This document shows positions 60,901-64,000 of a stretch of 64,000 nucleotides of DNA, one piece after another. This stretch comes from Selaginella moellendorffii (taxonomy: Eukaryota; Plantae; Lycopodiophyta). How positions within the stretch are numbered: the stretch's first letter is position 1; every line of letters starts with the position of its first letter. The notes beneath the pieces are model-generated. The model made no database searches, was not told where the DNA came from, and saw nothing but the letters and a program-made list of their open reading frames with translations. A program made the translations under genes and the position numbers. The stretch covers positions 778,184-842,183 of the forward strand of contig NW_003314272.1 of NCBI RefSeq assembly GCF_000143415.4, read 5' to 3'.

Positions 60901-61480
60901 AACTCCAAAACCAATATCACAAGTATCCATACCATAAAATGAAAATCAAATGTAATTAGAATATACAAAAACTAGAGGAATCATCAACACCTTTTTAAGA
61001 TCTACAAAGCCCACTTAACTAGATGAAAAATTCTATGCAAACTCAAGACAACACACATGCACTACAAGCTCTACCTCATCTTATACATTTACATATATAT
61101 GGTTTTGCCATAGAGAATGAAAATTGCCTCTACTATATAATGTAAATATAAGCAATAATATGGCTGAGCAATAGAAGATGAACTTAAATTAGTATTAACC
61201 AATAAAAATAAAATAATAAGGGACCTCTTGTTATAAAGTCAAGCTTTAAAAGTGAACGCTTAATGAACTAGTGCTAAGTGAACCTCTTGATGGTATAAAA
61301 ATGGAGACATCACTAACTTATTTCACATAAATCCCTCCACTACTTGTATAACTTCTCATTTCCTAAAAGAATCTCAATGTCAAGACCTTCTACCACAACA
61401 ATACCAATAACACATTATTGATGTTAAAACTTTCACCTAGGATATCAATTTGGGAAATGCTAGCCCTAAACCATATACCT
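57930..61480 (-). mobile_element. Degenerate AT-rich retroelement with integrase relic, copy 2
   Basis: HHCC-like RHIGHRHMIKKLCIYFFRW..YV.SC..C near 60100-60230 and core NEYIIIVFNYLIYWVKVNAF. The extent beyond about 60470 is uncertain. Confidence 0.68.
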
Positions 61481-61530
61481 TCAGAAAACCCTAAACCCTA
61501 AACTGTAAACTCTAAAATTAGCTGATAATG

Positions 61531-62366
61531 TGTAAGCAACTAATTTTTCTATTTTACTTTAATCACTTAACCACACCTTTGATCATTTGAAGGAGTCTCA
61601 TTCACAACTTCCATAAGTCCTATTCAAGACTTGAGGATGTGCTAGCCCTATGAATAGCATTTATGCCACTTATCCTTTACACTTGGTTCAAGTGCTCCAC
61701 GTGTCTAATCCCATGACTAACACCCAAAAGTACCACTAATATATTAGTCTATTACGCTAATGCCATGCTTATTTGCCCTTATCACATTAGTAGTTTAAGA
61801 CCACTTGCAATTATAGTTTCATTTCTTAAAGACTGGGCTATCTACCCATGAGTGGTCATCCCTTGACCACACCTTAGCACCCCTAGAATGCCAGGAGACA
61901 TGGGGAACACCCTTCCTTAATGTCCTTTTTTCCGTCCCTACCAAGTCCCTCTTCATCCACGGCCGTGCTCACCAACACTGCTATTGGATTAAAGTCCAAA
62001 GGCCTAACCACTAAGTTCCACTATCCTCTGAAACTTCCTCATCATATGACTATATCCTTGGTCACTACACTAGAGGATTATTCTTCTTCCTTTCTATAAT
62101 CTAAGACTTTGAGATGATGTTTCAAAACACCATTGCCCTATGCGAGCTTCATGGGTACTCTCCCCACCTTCTGCTTTAGGTGCCCTAGCCATGTGGCTAG
62201 AGTGAGGTTCTAATGGGCCATACTAAGTATCTAAGTAGGTAATGCTACCCACACTTGGATTAGGAGCATCAATCATTCAATCTCCTAGGGGAGCTAGAGT
62301 TGGCTTTTGAACACTTCACTAAGCTACCCCGCTTGTCTGTCTGTATTCACTCTAGCCTTGGACTAC
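61531..62366 (-). mobile_element. Inverted partial LTR of the satellite-LTR family
   Basis: Reverse complement of the LTR 3' part (tgtaagcaactaatttt...aaccacacc), interrupted at about 62366. Confidence 0.85.
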
Positions 62367-64000
62367 TATAGCGCACCTGAATTTGGAGCCGAACTCCAAG
62401 CTCGTTGGGCTACAAAACAAGGGTCCAGTAGAATCCCACGAGCACCAGCTCCCCGTATCTAGCACCTACACGCAAAATGGTGTGAGATGGAGTCTGGCAC
62501 AATTTTGGCATACAGGTGGCCTAACGTGAGGAGGAGGGTACCCCACCGACTAGAGCAGCGTGGAGCTTGGGCTTAGACCCAAGCCGGATGCAGAACAAAG
62601 AGTGACACACCCCAGCAGGAGCCAAACTAGTGTCTCAGGTGGTCAGATATGCATTCCAACCACTATCCCTACTATACATTTGGAACCCCCCACAGCCCCC
62701 CCCCCCCCCCCCCTTGAGGGACACACGCTTTGGGCTTTCACCCCAAGCTTCCCTTAGTACCAGGAGTTAGTCTTTGGGACAAGTCTGAAACTTACTAAAT
62801 ATGGAATGGCCTTAGATTGTGAATTTGGACACAGGACGAACACCATTGTGTTCAAGCCGATCTTTACATTCCGTAAATATGCCAAATGAGCGAATCTAGA
62901 CACTTTCCATAAATAGCATATGGGACCGAAATGAGACCAACACTAAGAGCATGATAGTGAGGGTGTTTGGCAGACACAATAAGCTATCATTCAGCGATAT
63001 TGAGGGACTAGTCTCAATACACGGGGGTTCTTGATACTAGCAAGTGCAAGCCAATGACAGGAGTTTCTCAAACTAAGCCGAGTATGCTTAGCAAGAAACA
63101 CATAGGTTTCCTACCTTATGTTTATCCGATTTAAGTACATGGCCATTGACCAGTTTCTCAACTAGCTCAAGTGGGAACAATAAACGGAACCAACTGTACC
63201 GACCTTCTGCCATTATGGCAGTAAGGAAAGAGTGTCCATAAGGACTAACCGACAAGTATCTTTCGATACCCGAAGTCACATTCACGACACTCTCCCCCCC
63301 TTGGGGAAGATCAACGTCCTCATCGATGCATACCCGAGTCTAGCAAACTGTCAAAGAAACAACTTCGAAAGTTAACGGAAAGCACACTATGTGGGAAATA
63401 CACCGACTTAAATGAGTTATGGAACAACCTCTCCTCTACGTCCAAAAACGTTAAGACTCAAACACCCTCCGGCCGTCGCCGACAAGGAAATGACTAACAG
63501 AGTTAGCCACCCCTGCTGCTTCGAGTACCACTCGGCTTACAAAGGAATGATACATCCCTGCCCGCAGGGATATAGGGAGAAGGCCAGAGGCCCAACTGCC
63601 CCTGAGCAAGAAATCAACCCCGTCAGGAAGATTTAGACAACTATTATAAACTAGCAGATTAAGTTGTTTACACGACCCCGCCCCTTTTTCGAAAATGAGT
63701 TATCGAGAGAGAGGTGGGGACTTGTGATCAGTCAATAATAGTTATCCCCATGGTTATGGATTGGACCCATGCACCGAAGTGCCGAAGTCAGCCTGCCAAA
63801 ACTGACCCAAGTACGAACAAACAAAAGAAACGACACTTTGTTTTATAGAAATATATTACTTTATTGATTTGCAAGATTGATTACAAAAATTAGTCTTTAT
63901 TACTATTCTCATACTCCGTGACAAGCTCATGAGCATGTGTAAGATTCCTAAGAGGTTCCCAAGTTGATTCACAAGTTGGGTAACCTTTCCACTTAACTAG
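62367..64000 (-). mobile_element. Second Gypsy-like element: 3' LTR (about 63289-62367), PPT and interior running off the window
   Basis: Minus strand reads GATGAGGACGTTGATC...AAGGGGGGGAGAG|TGTCGTG, that is, a PPT followed by a TG start. The LTR end is approximate. Confidence 0.65.

Overview
Eukaryotic land-plant DNA. Very short introns (about 45-80 bp), CVNH lectin genes, PLS-type PPR debris and an intron-containing ALS point to a lycophyte such as Selaginella (inference). The first 16 kb are gene-dense: a land-plant GPAT, PDCD2, a divergent RRP45-like RNase PH protein with a long novel C-terminus, a PDCD2 duplicate fragment, a GT77 glycosyltransferase, a tRNA-like/SINE-like element, a G-lectin pseudogene, HVA22, acetolactate synthase and two tandem secreted cyanovirin-N-homolog (CVNH) genes. 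From 16 to 31 kb there are PPR and P450 pseudogenes and a full-length Copia element with 154-bp TG...CT LTRs and a 5-bp TSD. From 33 to 64 kb there is a nested LTR-retroelement pile. Its main family is non-autonomous, has satellite-filled LTRs, and carries a decayed Gypsy pol in ANTISENSE to its PBS/PPT polarity. This part also holds a MITE, one intact CYP71-clan P450, integrase relics and two assembly gaps. Best candidates for novelty are the antisense-pol LTR family, the RRP45-like fusion gene and the Cys-rich CVNH pair.
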